From Octopus bimaculoides (taxonomy: Eukaryota), in NCBI RefSeq assembly GCF_001194135.2, contig NC_068985.1:97464640-97528259 (forward strand): a stretch of 63,620 nucleotides of DNA, in the 5' to 3' direction. The notes below the pieces were generated by a model. The model saw only the letters and a program-made list of their open reading frames with translations. It was not told the DNA's origin and searched no databases. Positions 23,080-36,217 of the stretch are shown here, piece by piece. A program made the translations under genes and the position numbers. Each line of letters opens with the position of its first letter. Positions within the stretch are counted from its first letter, which is position 1.

Positions 23080-25490
23080 AAGATATAGCATCACGTGATG
23101 TGGAGGACAACTGGAAGTTCCTACAAGACAACCTGTTGAGGGGGTACTGACTAGATCTGTGGCTGGTGCAAAGTCCCTTCTCGACCTAAGGTAATGTAGA
23201 GGTGGGACAATGTAGTTGACAGGACCATTAGGGGAAAGAAACAGGCATGGAAGGACTGGATGAGTGGTGGGAGCAGGGAACTGTATCAGATTGCCAGAAG
23301 GGAAGCTAAGAGACAGATTTACAGAGGGGAAGCAGATAAGAAAAATTTGCCAGTGTTCTGTATCATGAGGACCAGAGACTTGAACCGTTTTGTGTTGTAA
23401 GACAGTGTGTGAGAGAGAATCATGATGTCGTGGGAGAGAAATGTGTCCATATGGATGATGGCTCAATTGCACTTAATGATACTGCAAAGAGAGAGACTTG
23501 GAGATGCTACTATGAAAGGTTGCTAAATGAAGAGAATGAATGGGAGGAGGAGAGTCTGCCAAATGTTGACCCAAGTGAGGGACCAGCTACCTGAATCGAC
23601 AGTACCTTGGTAGATAAAGCAATTAAGGGTATGAAGACAGGGAAAGCCCCTGGCCCATCAAGAATCACCACTGAGATGCTTAAAATATCTGGTGATGTAG
23701 GCCATAGTCTAGTCTAGAGAGTTAGTTTAGATGAGCTGCAATTTGGGTTTGTGCCAGGGAGAAGCACCACTGATGCTATATTTCTGGTAAGACAGCTGCA
23801 GGAGAAATTCCTAGCCAATGATAAACCTCTGTACTTGGCTTTTGTTGACACGGAGAAAGCCTTTGACAGGGTCCCCTGATCCATTATCTGGTGGTCAATG
23901 CGGAAACTAGGGATAGATGAGTGGTTGATAAGAGCTGTAGAAGCCATGTACAGGGATGCTGTCAGTAAGGTGAGGGTTAGCAATGAGTACAGTGAAGAAT
24001 TCTGGGTAGAGGTAGGGGTCCACCAAGGATTAGGCCTCAGCCCCCTCTTTTTCATCATAGTCCTCCTGGCAATAACAAAGGAATTCAAGATGGGCTGCCC
24101 CTGGGAGCTCCTCTATGCTGATGACCTTACTCTAATAGCTGAGTCACTACCGGAACTAGAGAAGAAGTCTCAGGTGTGGAAGCAAGGTCTAGAATTGAAG
24201 GGCCTTAGAGTTAATCTAGCAAAAACCAGTCTTAGTAAGTAGGAAGGCAGACAAATCACAAATCCTTTCAGGTAGATGGCCCTGCCCAATCTATGGAAAA
24301 GGCATAGGTAGAAACTCCATAAGATGTACCTTGTGTAAGCTATGAACATGTAAGAGGTGCAGCAATATCAAAGGAAGGTTAACTAGGAAGATAGAAAATG
24401 TGCAGAAAACAACTTCCATCACATGCTAGTGGGATAAACTAGAAGTAGTTGATAGCTTCCGTTACCTAGGTGAGCAAGTCAGTAGCAGGGGTGGATCCAA
24501 TGAGAGCAAAGCTGCTAGAATACAGAATAGCCTGGGCAAAGTTCAGAGAGCTTGTATTTCTGCTGGTAACAAAGGGCCTCTTGCTAGTGAAAGGTAGAAT
24601 GGATGATGCATATGTGCAAACAGCCATGCTACACAGCAGTGAAATATGAGCTGCAACTGCTGAGGACATGTGTAGGCTCGAAAGAAATGAAGCTAGTATG
24701 CTCTGCTGGATGTGTAATGTCAGTGTGTATGCACGACAGAGTGTAAGCACCCTGAGAGAAAAGTTGGACATAAAAAACATCAGATGTAATGTGCAAGAGA
24801 TATGACTGCACTGGTATGGTCATGTGTTGCACATGGATGAGGACAGCTGTGTGAAGAAGAGTCACACCCAAACAGTGGAGGGAACCTGCGGAAGAGGTAG
24901 ACCCAGGAAGATATGGGAAAGGGTGGTGAAACATGACCTTCGAATGTTGGACCTCAAAGAGGCAATGACAAGCGGCCGAGACCTTTGGAGATATGCTGTG
25001 CTTGAGAAGACCTGGCAAGCCAAGTGAGATCGTAGCCATGGCTGATGCCAGTGTTGCATAACTGGCCTGTTTAAAAGTACTCTTCAATCGCCAGGCATAT
25101 GCTGTGCTTGTGAAGACCTGTTGAGTCAAGTGAAATCGTAGTCATGGCTAGTGCCAGTGCTGCCTGACTGGCAATATGTAAAAAGTACCGTTTGAGCATG
25201 ACCAATGCCAGTGCTGGTGGCATGTAAAAAGCACCATTCAAGTGTGGTTGATGCCAGTGCTGCCTGACTGGCTCCTGTGCTGGTGGCATGTAAAAAACAC
25301 CATTTGAATGTGGTTGATGCCAATACTGCCTGACAGGCCCCCATGCTGGTGGGACGTAAAAAGCACCACTACACTCTTGGAGTGGTTGGCATTAGGAAGG
25401 GCATCCAGCTGTAGAAACCTTGTCAGATCAGAATGGAGCCTGGTGCAGCCTCTTGGCTTGCCAGTCCTCAGTCAAACTGTCTAACCCAAC
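23080..25490 (+). mobile_element. Long degenerate RTE-clade LINE (RT domain to 3' UTR)
   Basis: FVDTEKAFDRV, VHQGLGLSP, LLYADDL, WYGHV motifs with stops and frameshifts; hairpin-unit 3' UTR. Confidence 0.9.
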
Positions 25491-28009
25491 TATCGTGACA
25501 TGTAAAGACAAGCAGACACACAAGTGATTGACTTCTTTCAGTTTCCATCTATCCAATCCATTGAAAAGACTTCAATTAGTCCAGGGTTATAGTAGAAGAT
25601 GCTTGCTCAGGATTCTCACTGTGGGACTGAACACAAAACCATATGAATGGAAAGCAGACTGCTTAACCACACAGCCATGTCTGCGTCTAAATGTAAAAAT
25701 ATACAAAAGATAGAACTAACTGGAAAAAAAAATGTAATACGTATTAAGAGGTATTAATTAAAAAAATAATTAACTAAACAAAAGTTACGGGTTATGGTGT
25801 GGACTTTGTTTATTCTTCTTTGGCAAACATTGAAATTAGTTGGCATGGTAATTCAGATGAAATAGTCATATATAAACAAGTTGTGTTTTTTCTGTAATGT
25901 ATTCGTAAAACGTGACTTTTATGATGGTTAAATAGAATTAATGTATCCATACAGTTATGATAGACTTATGCAGCCATGTGATAAAACAAAGTTGTAGGTC
26001 AACTTTCTCTGCAGAGTAAATGACAACCGGTATTCATAAACGTAGGGTATAACATATTGCTTCAGTTAATTTGTGATTATGACACACAACAGGCAGAATA
26101 TATCAATTATGTTTCTAATGGTTACCTTAACATTTTGGAATGGAGAATGATTTAGTTAAGAAACTTAGATAAGACAGATGAAGGATAACCCGGCGGTAGG
26201 GGAGATAACCCAATGAACGGCGAGCATTTAACGATGACGCCACGTTTGCTATCTTCACTAAGGCATCACTGAAAGGGCTAGAGACATTTTGGCATTGCTG
26301 ACTTATTTGATATTGGATGCTTCTCTTGTTCTCTTCCTGTTAATGTGTATGAGCATATTTGTCTTTATGAGTATGACGATAGGGAAAGCGGTTATATCAA
26401 TTGTGTTCAATAATAAATTGTTATTTCTCTTTACTACTCTCTATTTGTATGTGTATATTTTTACACGTGTGTATGTGTGTCTGTTTGCTTCCAGCAGCAT
26501 AAAGTATTGTTGCCAAGTTACATCGAATGTCCAGTTAGCTGTGCCAAATAGTCTGCCTCCAAGCAGCTGCATTAAATCGTCTTATTTTGTCATTGAAACT
26601 ACCAGCATTACATTTCCCCCCCTGTATCCCTTGAAAATAATGGTCTATTTTTTTTAAAGTAGTTTAGCTTGAATGAGTTATTTATTCCAACTTCCAAGTC
26701 ATACAATTTCTTCTTTTTGAGTAATGAAATTATTTATGAGATATTATTGAGCAGCAAATACCTCCTTTCATTTCATTTGCATTACAAAGAGGAAAAACAT
26801 TTGAATGGATATCGGAAGTCAGGAGATATTCTTGATGTTTTTGTGTTTGCTGACTAGATGCTCCTCAACTGAGTCAAAAAAATGGTTTGATGTTAAATGG
26901 TTCTTTGGAAAACTATAACCATTTCATGTAGGTAAGACAGTAAAATGAAAATAATTATGATAAAGATGTTTCTTTTTATATAGACAGAAGGTTTGAAAGT
27001 AGAGAGAAAAGAATAGTCAATTATATTGAACCCAGTACTTCAGAGATACTGTGTTTCATAAAGCCTGGAAGGAAGAAAGGCAAAGTTGACCTTAGCAGGA
27101 TTTCAACTCAGATAAATCTGATGCTAAAAATTCTGCCAATCCACTGCTCTAATGATGATAATAATAATAATAATAATGATGATGATGATAATCCACACAA
27201 GAACAGGTAAACAATATTACAGTCTGTTTTGTTATTTCTGTTCTTTTTTACGCCTTATACTTAACAGGGGGACAGGTTTTAAACACACTTCTAAAAAAAT
27301 TCCTAAATTCCATCAAAAATATTCTACTGCTTTACAAAATACATCTTCATATCAAAGAATGCTCCATAGTTTTCAAAAGGGAAAATAATTAACAAAAAAT
27401 AATAAAAATCTTTCAAATAAATAAATAAAAGATGTCCAATTTAAATTCATAAGAGAAAAATAATCCCATCAAAAAATGTTACCTTACTGTATCAGATACA
27501 TTTAACCAATATTAATAGGTAGGTATAATTCAGTATATTTAAATAGGTATTGAATGAGTGAGTGAGATGAAAAACTGTCTGCGGGGCATATGGAATGGAC
27601 TAATTATGATAGCAGCAATAATAGATCTCAATCAATCAATCAATCTACAACAAAGAAATTCAGTGGATTGGGGTGACTGACTGAAGTGCAATTTGGCTGT
27701 TTCTGCAGAGAATTAAAGGAAAAAAGTTGACAGAACAATCTGGAAACATTTTTACCGTAGCCAGGAAGGTTCTTTTTCCGTTGCTAACCAGTTACTCCAC
27801 ATTTCAGAGATGAGATAAAACACTTCCAGGATGTTGATTTTTTTTGTTTTTGTTTTGTTTTAGCCAGTTCAGTTGCACCGAATGACTTGACAAGGATATG
27901 GCATTGCAGAGGTTGGGGGGGGGGGGGTTAATCTTTTTTTTTGTAGCAAAAAATTTTTTAACTGCCAAGATGCACACAGACATGCACTAACATGCACACA
28001 ACATACACA

Positions 28010-28538
28010 CTAAGACAAACAGTAACTGTCCTCGCTGTCAGATGAAGAATAATCACGTTGGAACTTTTGCCGTTTGGGTCCATCATTTTCAGCCCCCGAG
28101 TCTGTGTTGTCAGAAGACATGTGACGTGTCTGTTTGTGCTCACGTAATGATGTAGAGTCCCTAGCACCTGAACTGTGTCGATTGCGTCTGTGATGTCCCA
28201 TTAGGGATGACTGTATTTGTTGCTGATGTTGTTGTGGTGGTAGTGACTGCTGTTGCTGTTGCTGCTGGCTACCAGAGATGATGGGCAGTCGAGGTTTTAT
28301 ATCAATTTCGGTATCGTACAATCTCTCAGACTTATGTCTCCGGTGACGTCTTTCTTTGTGCATTTTCCGCCGGATGTACCGAACTGTTTCCGATCCTGTT
28401 GAAGAATCCCGTGACCTGCGATGCTTTCTGTGTTTGCTGCATCCAGTGCTCTTGCGACGCTTGCGACGGGGCTCGCAATCACTATCACTGTCATCAGATC
28501 TTGACCGATAATGATGCCTCCTCTTCTTCTCTTTACGT
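28010..28538 (-). CDS. NKAPD1: NKAPD1 terminal coding exon (Arg/Lys/His/Ser-rich, polyQ tract)
   Basis: ttttggtag|A; phase-compatible open frame to TAG at 28012-28010; low-complexity basic/acidic tail as in NKAPD1. Confidence 0.85.
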
Positions 28539-28779
28539 CTACCAAAATACACAAGAGCATAACATTAGGGGTAATAGAAATAAACAACATGGGATAATTA
28601 TCAACTAATATACCAGTAACCAAACAGACATATTGTTTACTTAGGTCAACAGCAACCATGACATTATAAACAAATTAAAAACAACAACAGCTGATATCAA
28701 TTACATTTTTGTTCAAACTGAAGTGAAAATGGGTGACAAAAATTAAATACCTACAGAAATGTAAAAGTGTGTGTGTGTA

Positions 28780-28830
<51 letters not shown>

Positions 28831-29257
28831 CCTAGGTTTGACTAATGCCTTGGAAGTAAAATCTGGCAGACAGAAACTGTATGGAAGCTCATCACATATG
28901 TGGGTGGATGTGCATGTGCATTTGTTGTCTGCATTAACACTGCTTGGACAATTGTGACATTTCTTTATGTCTAGTGGCTTGAAATTCATTGCAAGTATCA
29001 TCATCATCATTGTTGTTTAACGTCCGCTTTCCATGCTAGCATGGGTTGGACGATTTGACTGAGGACTGGTGAACCAGATGGCTACACCAGGCTCCAATCT
29101 GATTTGGCAGAGTTTCTACAGCTGGATGCCCTTCCTAACGCCAACCACTCCGAGAGTGTAGCACCCAATACCTTCTGTAAAGTGGTCAGCGTTAGGTAGG
29201 GGAAACCAAACCAAAACAGACTATGGAACCTGGTGTGGCCCCTGGCTTTACCAGTTT

Positions 29258-29480
29258 CTTATTTCTTTATTGACCACAGGGGGCTAAACATAGAGAGGAC
29301 AAACAAAGAGAAAAGGATGAAGTTGATTACATCGACCCCAGTGTGTAACTGGTACTTCACCCGAAAGGATGAAAGGTAAAGTCGACCTCGACGGAATTTG
29401 ATCTCAGAACGTAACGGCAGACGAAATACCACTAAGCATTTCGCCCGGTGTACTAACGTTTCTGCCAATTCGCCGCTTTT
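29258..29480 (-). mobile_element. SINE family B copy
   Basis: Same consensus with a CTTATTTCTTTATTG end. Confidence 0.8.
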
Positions 29481-30479
29481 TGACTTTACCAGTCACTGTC
29501 AAGCCATCCAACTATGCCAGCGTGGAAAATAGATTTTAAATGTTGATGATGATGATTATTAACCCTATCACACCATGCCTCCAGTATAGCGGGGAAAGCA
29601 TAATTGTAATTGCTACTGGAATCCCGTTAAAATGGTAATGAACAAAGCATGTAGAAAAAGAAAATAAAACACCAAAATTAGACAAGTGATCACATTGCAA
29701 CTTTGTAATCGAGATGTTAATGACCCATTATTAAAGATGTCTCGCACAGCAGTTGTTTACTTTTATTTCTAATTGAAAACAAAAACAATGGAATTTTGCT
29801 ATGAAGGGAACATGTGATGAACCCAGCACTTCGTCTGGTAAACAAATAAGGCCCAGACTATTTACAGTTGAGGAAATTATCAATATTTATTCTTCAGATG
29901 AAGAGTTTACTCTTGTCACAATGAGAGTCATCACCATCGTTTAACGTCCGTTTTCCATGCTGGCATGGGTTGGACAGATTGACTGAGGTCTGGAAAGCCA
30001 GCAGTTGCACCAGGTTCCAATCTGATCTGGCAAGGTTTCTACAGCTGGATGCCCTTCCTAACACCAACCATTCCGAGAGTGTAGTGGGTGTTTTTTATGC
30101 GCAACTGGCATGGGAGCCATCAGGCGGGCATGGCATCAATCACGTTTGGGTGGTGCTTTTTATGTGCCACTGGCACAAGAGCCAGTCAGGGGTTACTGGC
30201 ATCGGCCACGATTGGTTGAGTTGTGCCACTGGCCACAGCTATGATATTGGTTTTACTTGACTCAACAAGTGTTCTCAAGCATGGGCTTCCACAAAGTTTC
30301 CATCAACCAAATTCAATCATAAGGCATTACTCAGCCTGAAGTTATAGTAGAAGACATTTGCCAAGGTGCTGTGCAGTGGGATTGAACCTGAACCCATGTG
30401 GTCGCAAAGTGAGCTTCATAACCACATGGGGAAACATTTTTTTCCAGTTCTACAAAATCTGAAAATCTTCATAACAAAC

Positions 30480-30593
30480 CTTTTTCTTGTTCTTCTTTTG
30501 TGACGGCGGTGATGTGGACCATTCTCTTCATCTTCAGATCGATCACTGCGAAATTCCTCTGGATACAGTTCCTTATAACCGCTGTGACCCCAC
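30480..30593 (-). CDS. NKAPD1: NKAPD1 coding exon 3
   Basis: tttcacag|G...AG|gtttgt; (R)WGHSGYKELYPEEF, the hallmark NKAPD1 motif as I recall it from human. Confidence 0.95.
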
Positions 30594-31847
30594 CTGTGAA
30601 ATGGTCGACAAGAAATTTTAAGAAAACTTTACACAAGCATAAACTCCATTAAATACCACATGACAGGACACAATGGCTGTAGGCATTAAATGGAGCAGAT
30701 AACATTTGAGACTTCATTCAACTACAAGGTCCCCATGGCTGTCCAGTTGCCACAGTGATTTACGCAGCTGGCATAAAGCCATCTCCCTCTCTACTATATC
30801 TCCCTCAGTTGAAGGGGGCCTTTTCTTTCTCTTGCAAGTTACGGGGGGCGGGCTCACTGGAGCCAATGCCACAAAAAAAAAAAAACAAAAACAAAAAAAG
30901 TAGTTCTAGGCACATAAGAAAGTTGTTTGCCTAGAACTTTCTGTCCAGTGCATCATTTTCCTTCCAAACTTGGAGGATATGATATGAGGGGGTATTTGGC
31001 TACTATTACTAGCAGGTCACATGACCATGTAGAAGCTCCTTCATTGCTTTGTTAGCTTGACACTGTTATATTCAGGAATAGGAAAGACACACTATAATAG
31101 CAAGCAAGCTGGCCTCCGCTGGATTTGAATTCAGAATGCAGGAAGTTGGAATAAACACCATGAAACATTCTATACACTCTAATGATTCTGCCAATTAGCG
31201 GTTCTTTTTAGGTGGGGTAGCTATTCCCACACATCTTCTAATTACAGTTAGTGATTAGTAGGTGTGTCGGTTCATCAATTAAATTCTACTATAACTACAG
31301 CTAGTGTGTTGTGCCTTGTGAAAGGCGACAATGAAACTTGTCTGTCTACCTGTCATAAAACAGTGCCTACAGACAACTCAATCATAAAAACTCCCTCCTT
31401 CAGGGCTGAGTGGTTGGCAGTATGGAAGGGTCTCATCTCTGCATCATTGTTTAAATGTCTGCTTTCCACGCTGGCATGGGTTGGATGGTTTGACTGAGGA
31501 CTGGCAAGCCAGGAGGCTGCACTAGGCTCCAGCCTGGTCTGGCAGGATTTCTACAGCTGGATGCCCTTCCTAACACCAACAACTCTGAGAGTGTAGTGGG
31601 TGCTTTTTATGTGGCACCAGCATAGGGGTCAGTCAGGGCCTCATCCAATTGTTGAAAAATACCATCTTCAAAGAACCACTCCATCCATGGCAGTATAGAC
31701 AAATGAATGTTCAAAACTTAACTACAGCTTTAATCAATGTGGTGTTGAACCTCTGAAGAAGACACACACTAGTTCAATTAAGAGTTGAGGGGTTAGCTAT
31801 ATGAAAGGTATCTTGTTGTAAAAATGATGTCCCCAATAACAGCCATA

Positions 31848-31849
<2 letters not shown>

Positions 31850-31897
<48 letters not shown>
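31850..31897. repeat. (GA)n microsatellite
   Basis: Perfect GA run. Confidence 0.95.
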
Positions 31898-31900
<3 letters not shown>

Positions 31901-32254
31901 CAAGTGAACTTAGACAGAGCTGATGAAGGAGTTTATATGTGGTCACTTATCTTGCTAGAAACAGCAGTTGAATCTCCTCAAACTGCATCTGAAGCAGTGT
32001 ACATCCGAAATAGCGCACTTTCTCATCAATTCAGTGAATGAGGGCTCAGGAAGACATAGCTGAACAGTGTTCTTAGATCAGTGTGGAAAACGACCATCAC
32101 CTGAGGATCAAAACTGAAGACTTCTAGCAGCTTCCTCTACCTGTCTCTGTCACCTCAGTTCCTATTGCCAGTGGGTTTATGAAGAAAGTGTTATAGTGTT
32201 AGTGACTTGGTTTGTTGAACAACCAGTACAATGAATATTGTTATAGAGGGCATG

Positions 32255-32710
32255 ATGGCGTTGAGCTGGCAGAAGTGTTAGCATGTTGTGCGAAATGCTT
32301 AGCGGTATTTTGTCTGCCATTATGTTCTGAGTTCAAATTTTGCCAAGGTTGACTTTGCCTTTTATCCTTTCAGGGTTGATTAAATAAGTATCAGTCACGT
32401 ACTGGGGTTGATGTAATCGACTTAATCCCTTCCCCAAATCTGAGGCCTTGTGCATCCAGTAGAAAGGATTATTATAGGGGGTATGAGGGTAGTGAGCTGA
32501 CAGAATCGTTAGCATGTTGGGTGAAATGCTTAGCGGTATTTTGCCTAACTCTACATTCTGAGTTCAAATTCTACCTAGGTCGACTTTGCTTTTATCTTTC
32601 AGGGTCGATGAAATAAGTACCAGTTATACACTGGAAAAGGGGTCACTGTAATTGACTGACTAGCCCCCTTCTCAAAAAAATTTTCAAGGCCTTGTACCTA
32701 GAGTAGAAAT
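32255..32710 (+). mobile_element. Two tandem SINE family B copies
   Basis: Head and GTCGACTTTGCCTTTCATCCTTTC core repeated twice. Confidence 0.8.
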
Positions 32711-32897
32711 AATTATTATGGGGGTTATGGTTTGTGTACAGCCAGTTCTTCTCACTTGTCCTTCAAATTTAGAGAAGTTAGCAGCAACAAGTGCTACGAG
32801 CCTAGTTATCAAGATGCAGGATTTGCAAAGAAATATCTTCTCTTCAATGAGAGGCTGAAGAGCTGAAATACATGGAGAAAATGATGTAAAGCCTCAC

Positions 32898-33202
32898 CTG
32901 CCAGGATCATTCTCTTCAGCCCGTTGTAGCTGCCGAGTATAATATGTACTACGAGTGGTAGATGATGGAATTGGCTCGTCATCCATATGAGCACGATACC
33001 TCCGATATGATATGCTGTCATCTCTCACACGGTTATCATAGAGAAAGGACTTGCGGGTGTCCTCAAAGAACACATCAGTAGACTTCTTATCTTTGTCTTC
33101 TTTATCCTTATCCTTCTCTCCACCTCTGTCTTTTTCTCTGTCTTTCTTGGACAGTTGTGATCTTTTCTCCTTCTGTCGCCACATTTCAGCCTCCTCCACA
33201 AT
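32898..33202 (-). CDS. NKAPD1: NKAPD1 coding exon 2
   Basis: ctgttcag|ATT...AG|gtgagg; IVEEAEMW (human IQEESDMW) ... QRAEENDPG. Confidence 0.9.
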
Positions 33203-33409
33203 CTGAACAGAATTTCACACAAAAAAAAAAAACAAAAAAACATCCCATTTAGTATAAATAATGCATAAGTTATGTACATACAATTGATAGCATTTGTGAA
33301 AAACTAAATGTAAATGACTTTGTAAACACTAGGAGTGGTGTCCTGATGTCAAGCTTTCAAGTACAGAAACTTATTTCACACTTTTAAGTTTGCACAGAAT
33401 ATCTCAGCA

Positions 33410-33815
33410 TCTCGTTGCCAGTGACCCTGGACTGGCTCCTGTATGGGTGGCACATAAAATATACCATTCCGAGCGTGGCCGTTGCCAGTACCGCCTGACT
33501 GGCCTTCGTAGGATTTTCGAGCGAGATCGTTGCCAGTGCCCCTGGACTGGCTCTTGTGCGGGTGGCACATAAAATACACCACTTTGAGCGTGGCTGTTGT
33601 CAGTACCGTCTGACTGGCCTTCGTGCAGGTGACACGTAAAAAGCACCCACTACACTCTCTGAGTGGTTGGCGTTAGGAAGGGCATCCAGCTGTAGAAACT
33701 CTGCCAAATCAGACTGGAGGCTGGTGTTGCCATCCGGTTTCACCAGTCCTCAGTCAAATCGTCCAACCCATGCTAGCATGGAAAGTGGACGTTAAACGAT
33801 GATGATGCTGATGAT
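33410..33815 (+). mobile_element. RTE 3' UTR fragment with tandem GCCAGT-N8-ACTGGC units and (GAT)n tail
   Basis: Matches the 3' ends of the RT-bearing copies at 22150 and 23080. Confidence 0.8.
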
Positions 33816-34524
33816 GGATTTTAATCCTGTTGATATCAACCTAGTTGAGATCTGTCTGTGGTTCTCTGGCACAGCATTCCTCATCATATTATATAGTGTT
33901 CATATAAAAATTAAAACCTTCCATTATGATTTAATGTAAGAAACCTCTTCTGCTCCAAACTCTAGCTTTTTAATAATAAAAAAAAAAGAAAAGAAAAAAA
34001 ATTGAAACACAAAGAATAGGCTGAGTGTTTGTATAGTTGTGTAACACTTCACAACCACGATTCTACCACATGATTGAAATAGTATAAATGCAGGAATGGC
34101 TGTGTGGTTAAGAAATTTGTTTTGGAGCCACATTTTTAGAGGTTTGGTCCTGTTGTATGAACGTTGCTGGCTGGCATTTTATATGTACAATTGTGGATCA
34201 ACTAATATTTTGTGAAAGAAACTGGTAGACAAAGAAATGAAGGTGATTGTCACACACACACACACACACTTATATATATCACTTTTATTGAGGCAGATTT
34301 TCCTACAGCTGGACGCCTTTCCTGTCACCAACCCACACTTGTTCTCAAGGTAATATTTCTCCATGGCTATAGTAGAAGTCACTCACTCAAGGTGCCATGC
34401 AGTGGAATTGAAGCCAAGACCACATGGGAAGTAAGCATTTTTACCATCTGGCCATGTCTGTGCCTATATACATACATACATACATACATACATATACACA
34501 CATATATATATATATATATTATAG

Positions 34525-34870
34525 TTCTGGGTTCAGTCTCACTGTGTGGAACCTTGGGCAAGTGCCTTCTACTATAGCCACAGGCCGACCAAAGCCTTGT
34601 GAATGGATTTGGTAGACGGAAACCGAAAGAATCCTGTTGTATATATATATTTATGTGTGTATTTGTGTTTGTCCCCTGGCCATCGCTTGACACTTGAAGC
34701 TGGTATGTTTATGTCCTTGTAACTTAACGGTTTGGCAAAAGGGACCGATAGAATAAGTACTAGGCTTACAAAGAATAAGTCCTGGGGTGTCAATTTCTTT
34801 GACTAAGAAAACCCTTTAAGGCGGTGCTCCAGCATGGCTGCAATCAAATGACTGAAACAAGTAAAAGAAT
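34525..34870 (+). mobile_element. SINE family A copy
   Basis: Same consensus on the plus strand, ending GAAACAAGTAAAAGA. Confidence 0.8.
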
Positions 34871-35847
34871 AAATATGTGTGTGTATGGTGTCCCAGCATG
34901 GCTGTAGCCCAATGGCAAAAACAAGTAAAAGACAAAAAGAGAATATACATGGAGTGACGTGTACGTATATTAGTGAGTTTGTGCAAAGGAGATTGTATTT
35001 CCACTTAGGCAGTGAACCACAAAGGTATGTGTGGGCTTCATGATGTATTCTAACATGTTATGTGATCTATGTAACAAAAGGCTCATTCAAAAACGTGTCA
35101 TTTGCATCCAGTTCACAGCTTAACTGTATCTAGGACGCTTGTTGTTCAACAGATATGGGGATTATTACCATATTTGGAAAGGAAAGCCAGCTATAGAAAA
35201 TCTGCCTCATCATCCAGTGTTTTAAATCCGGGTTTTGGCCCTGTTGACAGGGGTGGCTGGATCTACCTCAAATCATGAGGCTTTTTCGGAGCAGGATTTT
35301 CTACGGGGAACATGCCCTTGCTTAACCCCAACCTTGGTTTCTAGACATGAGTGGTCTCGAGACCAAGGCCTCTACCACGATTTTTAAGAAATGTGGTGGA
35401 AAACTAGCTCAAGAAAGCAGGGACGCTAGTCCCTGAAACCCCTTTCCAAAATGTTCTGAGAGTACTTCACTCAGTAAAATTCATAAGCATGAAAAGCTAT
35501 ACAGAAAATTATGAAAAGGAAGTTATAGTCATATTCTGAGTACAACATATTTGAAGGAAAAACTACTCCTCATATATTCATACCCAGACATACAGATTAT
35601 CTCTGATTCCATTGAGGTTATGTTAAATCTCTGTTATACATGTTTCTGTAGAATCAGTGTACAATTTATATGTGAATTGAAGCACTCTGTTATTGTTTAC
35701 GATCCTCATGAAAAGCTTTACTGTAAACACAGATAAATGCCAGCATTTTGGAATACAGGAAAGTACCTTCTCTGCTCATCTCATGTTCTCTCTTTTCCCT
35801 CCAACAACCAGTTTTCTCTGTCTGGAACTTCCCTACATACACACCTT

Positions 35848-35924
35848 GTCTCTGATGACAGAATACCTAGTGTATGGAGATACTGACCCTGTAACCTGGG
35901 ACATCCCAGAAACAGCTGTAAGAC
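35848..35924 (+). ncRNA. Hammerhead ribozyme-like motif (type I, minimal stem III), probably decayed and Penelope-derived
   Basis: GTCT-CTGATGA-(49 nt)-GAAAC-AGCT-GTA-AGAC: both core boxes intact, stem I GTCT/AGAC, palindromic loop III, GUA cleavage triplet. Stem II is imperfect. Confidence 0.6.
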
Positions 35925-36173
35925 GTTAACTACTTCTAATTCTCCTTTTTTGATTCACCTTACTCTTATTAAATATTCTAAATGACCTGAGATACTCGTC
36001 CATCTTTGGTCTTGTTGTCCATTTTCCTTTCACCATCATCATTGTTTAACGTCCGCTTTCCATGCTAGCATGGGTTGGACAATTTGACTGAGGACTGCTG
36101 AACCAGATGGTTACACCAGGCTCTAATCTGATTTGGCAGAGTTTCTACAGCTGGATGCCCTTCCTAACGCCAA

Positions 36174-36214
<41 letters not shown>

Positions 36215-36217
<3 letters not shown>

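Noticed and set aside
25140-25360. CRISPR-like repeated palindromic units
   Set aside because: No unique spacers, no cas genes, eukaryotic context; they are RTE 3' UTR tandem units.
33337-33380. Third hammerhead-like motif GTGT-C-CTGATGT...GAAAC-TTAT-TTC-ACAC
   Set aside because: Two core positions are wrong and there is no stem II; could be chance.
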